Below, one piece after another: positions 46,066 to 55,744 of a DNA stretch of 64,000 nt; position 1 is the stretch's first letter, and each line of letters begins with the position of its first letter. A program made the translations under genes and the position numbers. The notes under the pieces are model-generated. The model was not told where the DNA came from. It made no database searches and was given only the letters and a program-made list of their open reading frames with translations. The stretch lies in IMG/VR virus record IMGVR_UViG_3300020185_000014, positions 1-64,000 of that record; one strand, 5' to 3'. This DNA is from a virus.

Positions 46066-47697
46066 CTATACTGCTTTGGTAGATATGTTCAATACCGTAT
46101 CAGAATTGATTGGACTGTATAGATATTTTCCTGCACCCCCGAGCAAAGAGCGATAGTTCGCTGGATCGTGCGACGGTTCTGATATCTCGCCGTTAATAGC
46201 ATTATTCATAATCCACGCTTTCGCTTGCTCCGGAGTTGCTTGTGGATTGATTTGTAACATCATAGCAAGGACGCCCGCGACTTGCGGAGCCGCTTGACTG
46301 GTACCGGAGTAGACCCCAGACTTGAATGTCGTATTTGGCGGATATGGCCAAGCATTGATATTATTGCTCGCAAACCCTGCGGCAATTTTAGTGCCAGGAG
46401 CATATATGTCCACACCTGGACCAGTTTCGGAACTTTCGTTTTTCTGTTCTTTATTATTGCTTTTATCGACATCACGGTCAATATTACCAACGACAATAAC
46501 TTTGCTAAGAGTTTCTTTTTGCGATGTTGTAGTGCCGAGTGCTGCACCGCCTGGACCCTTTCCGCGGTTGTAAAAATAAGTTACACCGCTGACGACTACA
46601 GAGTTATCGTGATCCTGTCCGCCATCGAGATCGACTTTAAACGACCTGTTACCAGCGCTGGTGATATAGTGGATACCGTCATCAATAGCGTCTTCAATCT
46701 CCGCTTGAACGGCACTCGAAAAACTGTTAAACCTACGGTTCGTCGTTGCCCCTTGTGCAAAAGGATCTACAAACCCAAGCGCCGCGCGTTTTGCTTGTGT
46801 GTTGATCGCTGTGCCGGTGTATGTTGATCCTCGGTATGTGATTGAAGTGACATCTGAAAAATTGTATGATCTTGAATAAGACCAACTTGCATTAACAACG
46901 GTCGGGCGTTTTACACCGAGATTCGCGTCAACAGATTTATTATTATGCCATGCCCGAAGTAGTTGGAAAGAAACCAACGGGTCAATTTTCCATGAGGAAG
47001 TGATGTTAGTTAGATCGTAAATTGCTGCATTCTTCGCCCATCCATACTGTTTTCCGGCGACAATACTAGCGCAATGCGTACCGTGATTGTCTAATCTGGT
47101 GGCGCTGTAGTAATTACTAGGGAGCGATCCTGAGACTCCTGGAGTAGAATACCAGTCGTATTCTACAACTCGACTATTACCGTCGGCGTCGTTGAATTCG
47201 GGGTGGGTTAAGTGTACTCCAGTATCTTGAATCACTACGTCAACACCAGTTCCATCTAAGACATAACGATGATTGTCGTCGCTGGGTAAAATTCCATTAG
47301 CGCCATTGGGTCCCAAATCATCCCCATGCCAATTCGGCCATAATGCATTGTCTTTCTCAACAACGCGACGAAGACCCCAGTTGGTGTAATCCGCAAACCC
47401 TGGAACAACAAATTTGTCGAACCTGCCTGTTTGGATAATATCGGGTTCGATCATTAAAGTTTCGTCATCGTCAAAGGGTAACTCGATCGCAACAACGCGA
47501 GAGTCTAACCTTAATAACGCTGCTTCTTCATCCGATAACATATAGACTGTATTTCTTCTAGATAAAGGCATCGCGTCAGCAACATCTATGGGTCTAGCGG
47601 GTATGGTTTCAGAACCAAATGCACTGACCATTTCTTGATTAAATTGCCCAACATCAATACCCTTTACGAGAGTTACAATATATTGTTTTTCCGACAT
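46066..47697 (-). CDS. Subtilisin-like serine protease (S8) with N-terminal prodomain
   Basis: Catalytic triad motifs VVIQDTG, HGTHCAS, SGTSQAAPQVAG; oxyanion-hole SAGN. Confidence 0.92.
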   Translation of the reverse strand: MSEKQYIVTLVKGIDVGQFNQEMVSAFGSETIPARPIDVADAMPLSRRNTVYMLSDEEAALLRLDSRVVAIELPFDDDETLMIEPDIIQTGRFDKFVVPGFADYTNWGLRRVVEKDNALWPNWHGDDLGPNGANGILPSDDNHRYVLDGTGVDVVIQDTGVHLTHPEFNDADGNSRVVEYDWYSTPGVSGSLPSNYYSATRLDNHGTHCASIVAGKQYGWAKNAAIYDLTNITSSWKIDPLVSFQLLRAWHNNKSVDANLGVKRPTVVNASWSYSRSYNFSDVTSITYRGSTYTGTAINTQAKRAALGFVDPFAQGATTNRRFNSFSSAVQAEIEDAIDDGIHYITSAGNRSFKVDLDGGQDHDNSVVVSGVTYFYNRGKGPGGAALGTTTSQKETLSKVIVVGNIDRDVDKSNNKEQKNESSETGPGVDIYAPGTKIAAGFASNNINAWPYPPNTTFKSGVYSGTSQAAPQVAGVLAMMLQINPQATPEQAKAWIMNNAINGEISEPSHDPANYRSLLGGAGKYLYSPINSDTVLNISTKAV

Positions 47698-47723
47698 TGT
47701 AATTTCCTTATTATTTTATTAGA

Positions 47724-50700
47724 TTAAAATTGATAAATTAAAACTGAAACCGCGCCAGAGTCGAACGATGTAAATATGTCAAAGTGTGTAGCAAAATTTC
47801 TCACACTTGCACCGGTTGCGCCAGTTGCGTTGTTTCCTTGATATGTGGTTATTACCGAATAATCGGTTATTGCGTTGTATGGAGTTGTGAATGTTATGCT
47901 ATACTGACCGGCAGCAATTTTACTAGCAGAATCAATACCAATCGATCCGGACCAAGCGGGAGTCTCTCCGAGAGTCAGACTTCCACCAATCTTCGGAACA
48001 ATTCCCGTTTCCCATGTCGCAGACCCATTTCCCGCGCTCTTTAGTAATTGCCCTGCAGACCCATTGTCCCCAACAACATCACCTATATCTAGCGCATTTA
48101 TTTCTGCTAGAACAATATCCAACACCGTTGATGAATCTGTACCTGTCTCTATTCTAGAATTGATATAATCTGAATCTATTAACCCGATAACACCTAAAGA
48201 ATCAACTGCTGGCACGACTCTCGCGTTAATATAATCCGAATCGATTAATTGTATTGCTTCAGAAGAATCTAAAAATAAACTGCGGTCGATCGTTGCGTTA
48301 ATGTAATTTGAGTTAATTATTCCAGTGACATATGACGAGTTAATTATTCCAGTGACATATGACGAGTTAATTATTCCAGTGACATATGACGAGTTAATTA
48401 TTCCAGTGACATATGACGAGTTAATTATTCCAGTGACGTCGGCGCTATCAAATGTGTTGCCGTCGATTAAAGCGAGAACTTGATTTTGAGTGAGTCCTCC
48501 TCCCCCTCCTCCGCCGCCGGCAACAACTTCAGTCCATTCAGCATGACCATTACCCAAAGATTTTAGATAATAACCGGCAACGCCGTTGTCGCCGATAATG
48601 TCGCCTATATCTAGCGCATTTATTTCTGCTAGAACAATATCCAACACCGTTGATGAATCTGTACCTGTCTCTATTCTAGAATTGATATAATCCGAATCTA
48701 TTAACGCAAGAACACCCAACGAGTCGACTGCCGGATCAACTCTCGCGTTAATATAATCTGAATCTATTAACCCGATAACCGCCAACGAATCAACTGCAGG
48801 CACGACTCTCGCGTTAATATAATCTGAATCGATTAATTGTATTGCTTCAGAAGAATCTAAAAATAAACTGCGATCGATTCTATCATTAATAAACCCAGGA
48901 GTGATCGCCGTTTGTAAAAATGCTGAATCGAGGACGTCTAGAACAGTTGGAACGACGACAGAAGAATCTACTTGAATAACTGACCAATCAAAATTAGAAC
49001 CGCCAGCGCTCCTCAAATAAGTGCCCTGAGCGCCATATCCTATGCCGAAGACCTCATTAAAGTCGATGACCTGAATATTCGCTTGAATCAAATCTCGAAC
49101 GAACTGTGTTATTTCCGCAGAATCTAACCCAATTTCTTGTATAAGGTTAACTGCTTCTAAAGAATCAATCGAATTCTTATGAATCAAATCAATAGTAGCG
49201 ACCGAATCGACACCAGAAACATTTCCTAATTCAAATGTGATTCTACTTAAAATATAATCCGAATCAATTAGTTGGATCGTTTCGTTAGAATCAAAAGATA
49301 CGCGATTATTGATATAATCAGAGTCGATCAAATTGTATATGCTGTTTGAGTCTAGACCGAAACTTCCGAAGGTTGCCCAGTTTGCTTGCCCGTTTCCGCG
49401 ACTGACTAAGAATTGTCCAGTAGATCCGTTTCCGCCGACCAAATCACCGACATCGAGCGTTTGAATGGTTGCTTGAACTAAGTCGGTCGCTGTTGTATTG
49501 ATAGTTGAAATTACCAAAGGAGTTAGGAAACTCGTATCGACTGTTTCGATTATCAAATCAATAACTGCTGGCGAGTCTACAGTTCCTACACCGCCGCCGC
49601 CAACAACAGCGTCAACCCGAAAGTTAATATAGTCCGAATCAATGATCGTTGTGATTGTACTTGGGTCTACCAAAGAATTAATATATGACGAATTAATAAG
49701 GTTAAGCACTTCGAGAGAGTCGACTGAAGTATTTTTGATCTGGTCTTCGATCTCTACGGACAAATTAACCCAAGTCGTATCGCCATTACCGAGAGATTTT
49801 AAATACTGTCCTGCATTTCCATTTCCTCCGACAATATCACCCAAGTCGATAGATTGAATCTTTGCATCAACAAGAGCAGAAGAAACATCAACAACGGTCT
49901 GATAGAAAAATGCCGAGTCGACAGTTTCGTAGATTATGTCGACAACTTCACCCGAATCAATTTCAAACGTCGCGCGAGCATTGATATAATCGGCATCGAT
50001 GAACGCAATTATTTGAGCAGAGTCTAAAACATTAGGAAGTTCCACTCCAGGAATTTCCACGTTACCTTTAACGATATTGGTTATCTGAATAATCGTATCG
50101 GAATCTTTGTCTAATCTCGACCAATAATATGTTCCGTCGCCCTTTGCATGTAGAACATCTGCAGGCGCGCCGACAGAATCAATAAATGAAGAAAGGTTGA
50201 AGTCTATTCGATCATTAACATAATCAGAGTCAACGATCAACGGAATGGCGTTTGTTGTTTGTAGCAGTTGAGCGCTGTTGAGCGACGTAGTATTAAAAAT
50301 ACCAGTTATCAGTTCTGAATCAAATTCTATTAGAGTTTTCCACGTGAAACTTGAATGACCGTCATACTTTAAATATTGTCCGGTCAGTCCAGGTTCATTT
50401 GTCAAATTATCCGTTAAATTAAAAACCTGCAACTTTGCATCAACAATATCATTTAAATATGCAGAGTCGACATACTGCGGTCTCGCGTTTTGGATAAAAG
50501 CGGAGTCGACAATAGTTAATATGTAAGCAGAATCAATTAAACTGAGTGTTGCTAGGCTGTCTATCCCGCCGCCCGCGCCAAAGTCTTCGGGCAATGTGTT
50601 AACTAAAAAACTCTGAGTGATCTGCGATTCAATATACGCTTGGTCTATAATGGTTTGGATAGTCGCCGAGTTGATTTCCGTCCTAGCGTTTACATAGTCC

Positions 50701-51710
50701 GAATCAATTAGAGTGATGATGTGCTCAGAATCTAATCCAAGCGATGTGATCGTTTTCCAAACTGCCCCGCCGGTTCCGCTTGAAATAAAGTATTGCCCTG
50801 CATGTTCTGCCTGATCGACTAGGTCTTCAAGGTCGATAGTTTGTATCTTAGCATCAACAACATCATTCAAATATGCAGAGTCGACATACTGCGGTCTCGC
50901 CCGCTGAATGAAAGCAGAATCAACGATCGATAGGATAAAATAAGAATCACAAAATTCACTTATCAAATCAATAACTGCGGGCGAGTCGACAGTTCCCACA
51001 CCGCCACCGCCGCCGGTGTTAGTAACTCTAGCATCAATATAGGCGGTATTGACTGTTTGTGTTATTAGATTAATTGCAGCGACTGAATCAATATTGGTAT
51101 CGACCCGAGCGTTGATATAGTCAGAATCGATTAAAGTTATTATTCTATCTGAGTCGAGACCTAGCGAACCGAACGTTTGCCATCTAAATGAGTTGTCGCC
51201 GTTGCTGATAAGAAACTGATCATTCAACCCAGGACTTCCAATAAAGTCCATTATGTCGATAACTTGAATCGATGCATCAATGGCATCATAAATCGGATCA
51301 AAGTTGACTCGAGTATTTACATAGTCCGAGTCAACTAACTGAATTATCTCAGAAGAATCTAACCCAATTCCAAGTCGAATCAACGACCAATTATCTTTAG
51401 CGTTTAATAGATTACCTGTATTAGAATCGCGATATTCGCCCGCCAGCATACTGTACTTGTAGTATTGTTGCCCATCTATGGTAGACAAAGAATCGTGGGC
51501 AGAATCGATATTTGTTTTTTGAACATAAACGATCATGCCGTCTTGCAATCGCTGCCCGCTGATGTTAGATAAACGATCCGCGGAGTCGCCTGTTATTGTA
51601 CGAATCCCGCCGCGAATTTCTGCATCGAGAACAATTGGGTGTTTAGCAGAAGGACTCCACGTTCCTGGCCATTGGTTGATCGTCAACCCATATGTATCTT
51701 TAACCGCCAT
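47724..51710 (-). CDS. Large acidic fibre-like protein with many IDSDYINAR repeats
   Basis: Recurrent LIDSDYINARV and GxxGQ(Y/F)LxSxGxG..W modules with poly-Gly hinges. Confidence 0.75.
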   Translation of the reverse strand: MAVKDTYGLTINQWPGTWSPSAKHPIVLDAEIRGGIRTITGDSADRLSNISGQRLQDGMIVYVQKTNIDSAHDSLSTIDGQQYYKYSMLAGEYRDSNTGNLLNAKDNWSLIRLGIGLDSSEIIQLVDSDYVNTRVNFDPIYDAIDASIQVIDIMDFIGSPGLNDQFLISNGDNSFRWQTFGSLGLDSDRIITLIDSDYINARVDTNIDSVAAINLITQTVNTAYIDARVTNTGGGGGVGTVDSPAVIDLISEFCDSYFILSIVDSAFIQRARPQYVDSAYLNDVVDAKIQTIDLEDLVDQAEHAGQYFISSGTGGAVWKTITSLGLDSEHIITLIDSDYVNARTEINSATIQTIIDQAYIESQITQSFLVNTLPEDFGAGGGIDSLATLSLIDSAYILTIVDSAFIQNARPQYVDSAYLNDIVDAKLQVFNLTDNLTNEPGLTGQYLKYDGHSSFTWKTLIEFDSELITGIFNTTSLNSAQLLQTTNAIPLIVDSDYVNDRIDFNLSSFIDSVGAPADVLHAKGDGTYYWSRLDKDSDTIIQITNIVKGNVEIPGVELPNVLDSAQIIAFIDADYINARATFEIDSGEVVDIIYETVDSAFFYQTVVDVSSALVDAKIQSIDLGDIVGGNGNAGQYLKSLGNGDTTWVNLSVEIEDQIKNTSVDSLEVLNLINSSYINSLVDPSTITTIIDSDYINFRVDAVVGGGGVGTVDSPAVIDLIIETVDTSFLTPLVISTINTTATDLVQATIQTLDVGDLVGGNGSTGQFLVSRGNGQANWATFGSFGLDSNSIYNLIDSDYINNRVSFDSNETIQLIDSDYILSRITFELGNVSGVDSVATIDLIHKNSIDSLEAVNLIQEIGLDSAEITQFVRDLIQANIQVIDFNEVFGIGYGAQGTYLRSAGGSNFDWSVIQVDSSVVVPTVLDVLDSAFLQTAITPGFINDRIDRSLFLDSSEAIQLIDSDYINARVVPAVDSLAVIGLIDSDYINARVDPAVDSLGVLALIDSDYINSRIETGTDSSTVLDIVLAEINALDIGDIIGDNGVAGYYLKSLGNGHAEWTEVVAGGGGGGGGLTQNQVLALIDGNTFDSADVTGIINSSYVTGIINSSYVTGIINSSYVTGIINSSYVTGIINSNYINATIDRSLFLDSSEAIQLIDSDYINARVVPAVDSLGVIGLIDSDYINSRIETGTDSSTVLDIVLAEINALDIGDVVGDNGSAGQLLKSAGNGSATWETGIVPKIGGSLTLGETPAWSGSIGIDSASKIAAGQYSITFTTPYNAITDYSVITTYQGNNATGATGASVRNFATHFDIFTSFDSGAVSVLIYQF
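48310..48437. repeat. Perfect 27-nt coding tandem repeat, 4.7 copies (VTGIINSSY)
   Basis: GAGTTAATTATTCCAGTGACATATGAC repeated without spacers. Confidence 0.92.
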
Positions 51711-53359
51711 CAGTTAATGCTCACATATGTTGATCCAGGTTGTAGGGTGATCCCGTATAAATTATATGCTTCTGATACATAACCAGCAGGAGCATCGTCG
51801 GGTTCCATCAGTATAGTTTGCCCCGTTGTCACCGCGACAGTCGAGAGCAGTGCTGCGCTCGCCCCTGTTTGGAAATTTGTCGGTTGCGTTGCAGAAGAAC
51901 GAACGGCAAAATAAAATGCTTTGGGAGTCGCGGCGGCGTTCTCGATGAATCCGCTGATAGTGTGAGACTGATTTCCCAGAACAGTGGTGTCTGATGTAAA
52001 CGTCGACCCTACAACTACATCCGCCCTTGTTGGAGGATTAGATGTTGAATTCGCGAATATATGAAAACTCGGATATGTAAATGACGCTGACAAACTCGTA
52101 TCGCTCGCTGTTCTCGTTGTGGTATATTCCGTTCCGGACACGCTCGCCGGTCGTGTAAAGGCAGTCGATAATTGTACAGACCGCCCACCGTTATTATCTT
52201 TATGAATCGGATTGGTGAAAGTAAATGTACCAGAATTCAACACATTACTGACCGACCCGCCCGTTGCTGTAACCGTATTTACCCTGTTGCTATTGTTCGA
52301 TATTCCGGAAGTCGATACGTTATATGCGGTTGACGTATACGTTTCTAGAAATGTTTTGCCGCTCAAATTAGACATCGAAATTGAATTAGAAACACTTGAC
52401 CAATTAAAACTAATCGTCGCCGTTTGGGATATAATGCCGCCCAAGTCGTTATTAAATTCGACAGTGGCGCTTGCGCTCCCGCCAGTGTGATTGCTGCTGT
52501 TTGAATATATTTGAGAGATAGCATTAGTCGTAAATGATTGCGTCCAATCGACGGTTCCGGCAGGTGGCAGAGATGGACCAGATGACGTATAATCGCCAAC
52601 GTCAGGGTCAATAATGCCGTTGATGCTTTTCAGCAAGGGTGCGACAGAAGCAACATACTGCGAAGGAAAGTCGTCGGGGTTTGAAACACTAACCGCCCAA
52701 GTGGATGCCGGCGTATCCCACGTCAAACTTTGACCATTCGCCGAGACTGTTGGACTGAACGATGCAAGTTCAAGTTGTAATAATCCGCTTGCATTGAATT
52801 GAGATCGCCTAACAACATAAGAAGTGTCGTTCTCAATCCAACCAGTGTTAATTCTCAGGTCGCCCTCTGTTTCCCAAACCAAATTTGGAACAAAAGTTTC
52901 GACTCTTGCGTTAATGTAATCTGAATCGATTAAAGCAAAAACGCCGTATGAATCAACTGCTGGGTCGACTCTTGTGTTAATATATGCAGAGTCGATTGCT
53001 GTCGTGATTAATGATATAGTCGAGACCGAATCAATACCAACATCGCCGACCCTGGTTGTGACATAGTCAGAGTCAACCAGGGAGAATATATCACCAGAAT
53101 CCAAACCATATTTTATGAGAGTGTTTATTTTCGGCGGTGGACTGCCGATGATGATTCTGTCGATCAGAGTTTGATTTGAGATAACTTTAGTCGCGGAAGA
53201 AGCGCCGACCGCAATGATGTTTGCTTGAGGTACTGCATCGGGTAGACTAATCTGGGAAGCAGAAGAACCGACAATAACTTTTTGCACTATTGTCTGTTTT
53301 GATAGAACCTTCTTAACAGTAGGATTATCAACAACAATGTTAAATACGTGTGATGTCAT
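51710..53359 (-). CDS. Virion structural protein with IDSDY motifs and a Ser/Thr-rich beta domain
   Basis: Shares IDSDYINARV with the downstream gene; TGATG coupling. Confidence 0.7.
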   Translation of the reverse strand: MTSHVFNIVVDNPTVKKVLSKQTIVQKVIVGSSASQISLPDAVPQANIIAVGASSATKVISNQTLIDRIIIGSPPPKINTLIKYGLDSGDIFSLVDSDYVTTRVGDVGIDSVSTISLITTAIDSAYINTRVDPAVDSYGVFALIDSDYINARVETFVPNLVWETEGDLRINTGWIENDTSYVVRRSQFNASGLLQLELASFSPTVSANGQSLTWDTPASTWAVSVSNPDDFPSQYVASVAPLLKSINGIIDPDVGDYTSSGPSLPPAGTVDWTQSFTTNAISQIYSNSSNHTGGSASATVEFNNDLGGIISQTATISFNWSSVSNSISMSNLSGKTFLETYTSTAYNVSTSGISNNSNRVNTVTATGGSVSNVLNSGTFTFTNPIHKDNNGGRSVQLSTAFTRPASVSGTEYTTTRTASDTSLSASFTYPSFHIFANSTSNPPTRADVVVGSTFTSDTTVLGNQSHTISGFIENAAATPKAFYFAVRSSATQPTNFQTGASAALLSTVAVTTGQTILMEPDDAPAGYVSEAYNLYGITLQPGSTYVSIN

Positions 53360-53395
53360 TACGCCGAGCGCCCAAAAATAAAAAATTCTAAGAAC

Positions 53396-53403
53396 TATTT
53401 ATA
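53396..53403 (-). promoter_or_regulatory. T4-type late promoter
   Basis: TATAAATA on the minus strand. Confidence 0.7.
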
Positions 53404-53418
53404 AGTTCCAAGGATCCT

Positions 53419-53775
53419 TTATTTTGTGACAGATGGTGTCACAAATATTTGTCCTTCCATAATACGCTCAGTGATCGTATTGGTGTCGCTGTCTACATGA
53501 GAAATTTCTACATCATAAACATACTTCCTCTTCGCTTTGAGCGAATCGGTTTGGGCGTTAGTTAACGAAAGGTTGACGATGCCGTTAGCTTCCGGAGTAA
53601 CAATTTCAATAGCGAACGCAGTTTTATCTGAATCGGTTGCGCTATAACTAGGACTCAATTTTGCCGCCACAGTGAAATCGCTCAAATCTTTTGGCGTATT
53701 ATCCGAATTGACTAAGTGCAATTGGACCGCTAAATCGCTTCCTTGGTCGATTGTTAAATCTTTATAATGTGCCAT
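53419..53775 (-). CDS. Small Ig-like virion/baseplate adaptor protein
   Basis: DLTIDQGSD...LSLTNAQT...YVYDVEI...RIMEG..VTPSVT. Confidence 0.7.
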   Translation of the reverse strand: MAHYKDLTIDQGSDLAVQLHLVNSDNTPKDLSDFTVAAKLSPSYSATDSDKTAFAIEIVTPEANGIVNLSLTNAQTDSLKAKRKYVYDVEISHVDSDTNTITERIMEGQIFVTPSVTK

Positions 53776-53810
53776 ATTGTTCTCTTTAAATTATTTTTTG
53801 ATACCAATAT

Positions 53811-55733
53811 TTATTGTAATCCGCCACCGCCAAAACCACCACCTTCGATATCAGATAATGCTGTTGCCTGCAACGACCATTGCGTATCCACTACTCTATC
53901 CGTTTCGCCGCTTTTGCTAAAAGTTAATCTTACACTTCCATCGTTTTGTTGGTTTATTTCTCCTTCGCTAGTTCCAGAAAGGGCAGTGAGTCCGAACCAT
54001 AACGCTCTCTTTCCCTTACTTCCGGATGTAACTCCTTGAGCAGAAGTAGTGATACCATCAAAATTATCATCAACGGTAGAGTGGTTTGCGACAAATGTTA
54101 TTGCCCTTGCAGTCGGTGATGTCTCCCAATTGACTTGCTCGCTCAACGAATACTTAACGGTCCATCCGGCAGAAGCAATATCGTTCAACCTAAAACATTC
54201 TCGTCTATTACTATAATCTGTTCCGGTTTCTGGTATCGCAGTCATCGTACTCGTGTTGGTGGTTCCTTCGGATTTATATAAAATAGACACGGTGCTGCTA
54301 TTTCCAGCACCGGTCAGAACAGTACCTGCCCCAGCGGCATATACTATAATGTCCGACCCAGATTCTTCAACCATTAAATATCCTTCGCATCTAGATGCGG
54401 CAGTAGTACCACCAGTAGATACAATACTGCTCATGGAAACTGTATATGGGTTTGTTGAATGGAGCGGATAAACATCCATAGTAGAAGTCACCGGATCCGA
54501 CGCCGTCGAACTGGTATCGTTAATGACAACAGTATCGGATACGCTTCCAGTTGCTGTAGAATTACTATCTGTCGATGCTAATGTTAGGGTTACAGTTTCT
54601 GCACCTTCGGTCGTAGCATCAGCGTTTGCTGTAAACGAAACAGAACCAGTGTTGTTATTGATTGTAATTGTACCAGTTAGTGAAGACAAACTAATATCGT
54701 TTACAGAAACCCCAGTGATTGTATATCCGACCGTCACCCCATTTGAGATATTCGCAGTCGTCACCGTAAAGGTCGCGGCAGAAGAACCATCTTCATTGAT
54801 CGAAGCAACGTCAAAGATTCCGCTAACATAAGTTGGTACGGCAGGTGTCGTGCTAGTATCGTTAATGACAACAGTATCGGATACGCTTCCAACGTCCAAT
54901 GCTAAGGTCAACGTCTCCGCGCCTTCGGTCGTAGCATCAGCGTTTGCTGTAAATGAAACAGAACCAGTGTTGCTATTAATTGTAATTGTTCCGGTTAAAG
55001 ATGGTAGACTAATATCGTTTGCTGTAATTCCTGTGCCGGAAATAGTGTAACCGAGATTCGTACCATTCGGAACATTCGCAGTCGTCACCGTAAAGGTTGC
55101 TGCAGAAGAACCATCTTCATTGATCGAAGCAACGTCGAAGGAACCTGCATATGTTGCTGATGCGGGTGTTAAACTCGTATCAGTAACTTCTATGGTAGCT
55201 GTGTCGAGAACATTGGAATAACCTGTATCTGTTGATAATGCAACTTCCAGAGTAAATGATTCGGTTCCCTCGGTTGTATTATCTTCAACAACTTCGACTG
55301 TAAAACTTTGTGAAGAAATATTGAATGGCGCGCCGCTAAAGACGGTACTGAACGATCCCGAACTTGCAGTAAAATCAGATCCTCCGGACACGATTCTCCA
55401 GATAAAAGTTTTCGCTCCGCCAGAGTTATTTTCTATGAATGAGAAGGTTTGCTGGCGATCATTAGTTTCGTTCTTTATTACAGATTCCGGCGTTAATGCA
55501 TATGAAGAATAGACGACACCATACTCCGCGTTTCTAAATTCGTGTATACTAATCGTCGACGCATCTGTTGCATCGATACCCGTCCCGTGCAAGTCAGAAT
55601 AGGTTGCGTTCAAAGTGAGACCGGTCGCATTGCGAATATCGGTATCGTTTAACGAAACTTCTGTCTGGTGGGTTCCTCCGACAGCAACGTGGATATCGTT
55701 AAGCGATATATCATTTATTGGTATATTAGCCAT
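53811..55733 (-). CDS. Fibre-associated adhesin-like protein with duplicated Calx-beta-like modules
   Basis: N-terminal ISLNDIH..GG...SLND; two near-identical FDVASINEDGSSAATFTVTT...ADATTEGAET modules. Confidence 0.65.
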   Translation of the reverse strand: MANIPINDISLNDIHVAVGGTHQTEVSLNDTDIRNATGLTLNATYSDLHGTGIDATDASTISIHEFRNAEYGVVYSSYALTPESVIKNETNDRQQTFSFIENNSGGAKTFIWRIVSGGSDFTASSGSFSTVFSGAPFNISSQSFTVEVVEDNTTEGTESFTLEVALSTDTGYSNVLDTATIEVTDTSLTPASATYAGSFDVASINEDGSSAATFTVTTANVPNGTNLGYTISGTGITANDISLPSLTGTITINSNTGSVSFTANADATTEGAETLTLALDVGSVSDTVVINDTSTTPAVPTYVSGIFDVASINEDGSSAATFTVTTANISNGVTVGYTITGVSVNDISLSSLTGTITINNNTGSVSFTANADATTEGAETVTLTLASTDSNSTATGSVSDTVVINDTSSTASDPVTSTMDVYPLHSTNPYTVSMSSIVSTGGTTAASRCEGYLMVEESGSDIIVYAAGAGTVLTGAGNSSTVSILYKSEGTTNTSTMTAIPETGTDYSNRRECFRLNDIASAGWTVKYSLSEQVNWETSPTARAITFVANHSTVDDNFDGITTSAQGVTSGSKGKRALWFGLTALSGTSEGEINQQNDGSVRLTFSKSGETDRVVDTQWSLQATALSDIEGGGFGGGGLQ

Positions 55734-55744
55734 TGTATATTATA

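Noticed and set aside
48310-48437. 27-nt direct repeats as a CRISPR array
   Set aside because: There are no spacers, the unit is a multiple of 3 in frame within a long CDS, and no cas genes are present.
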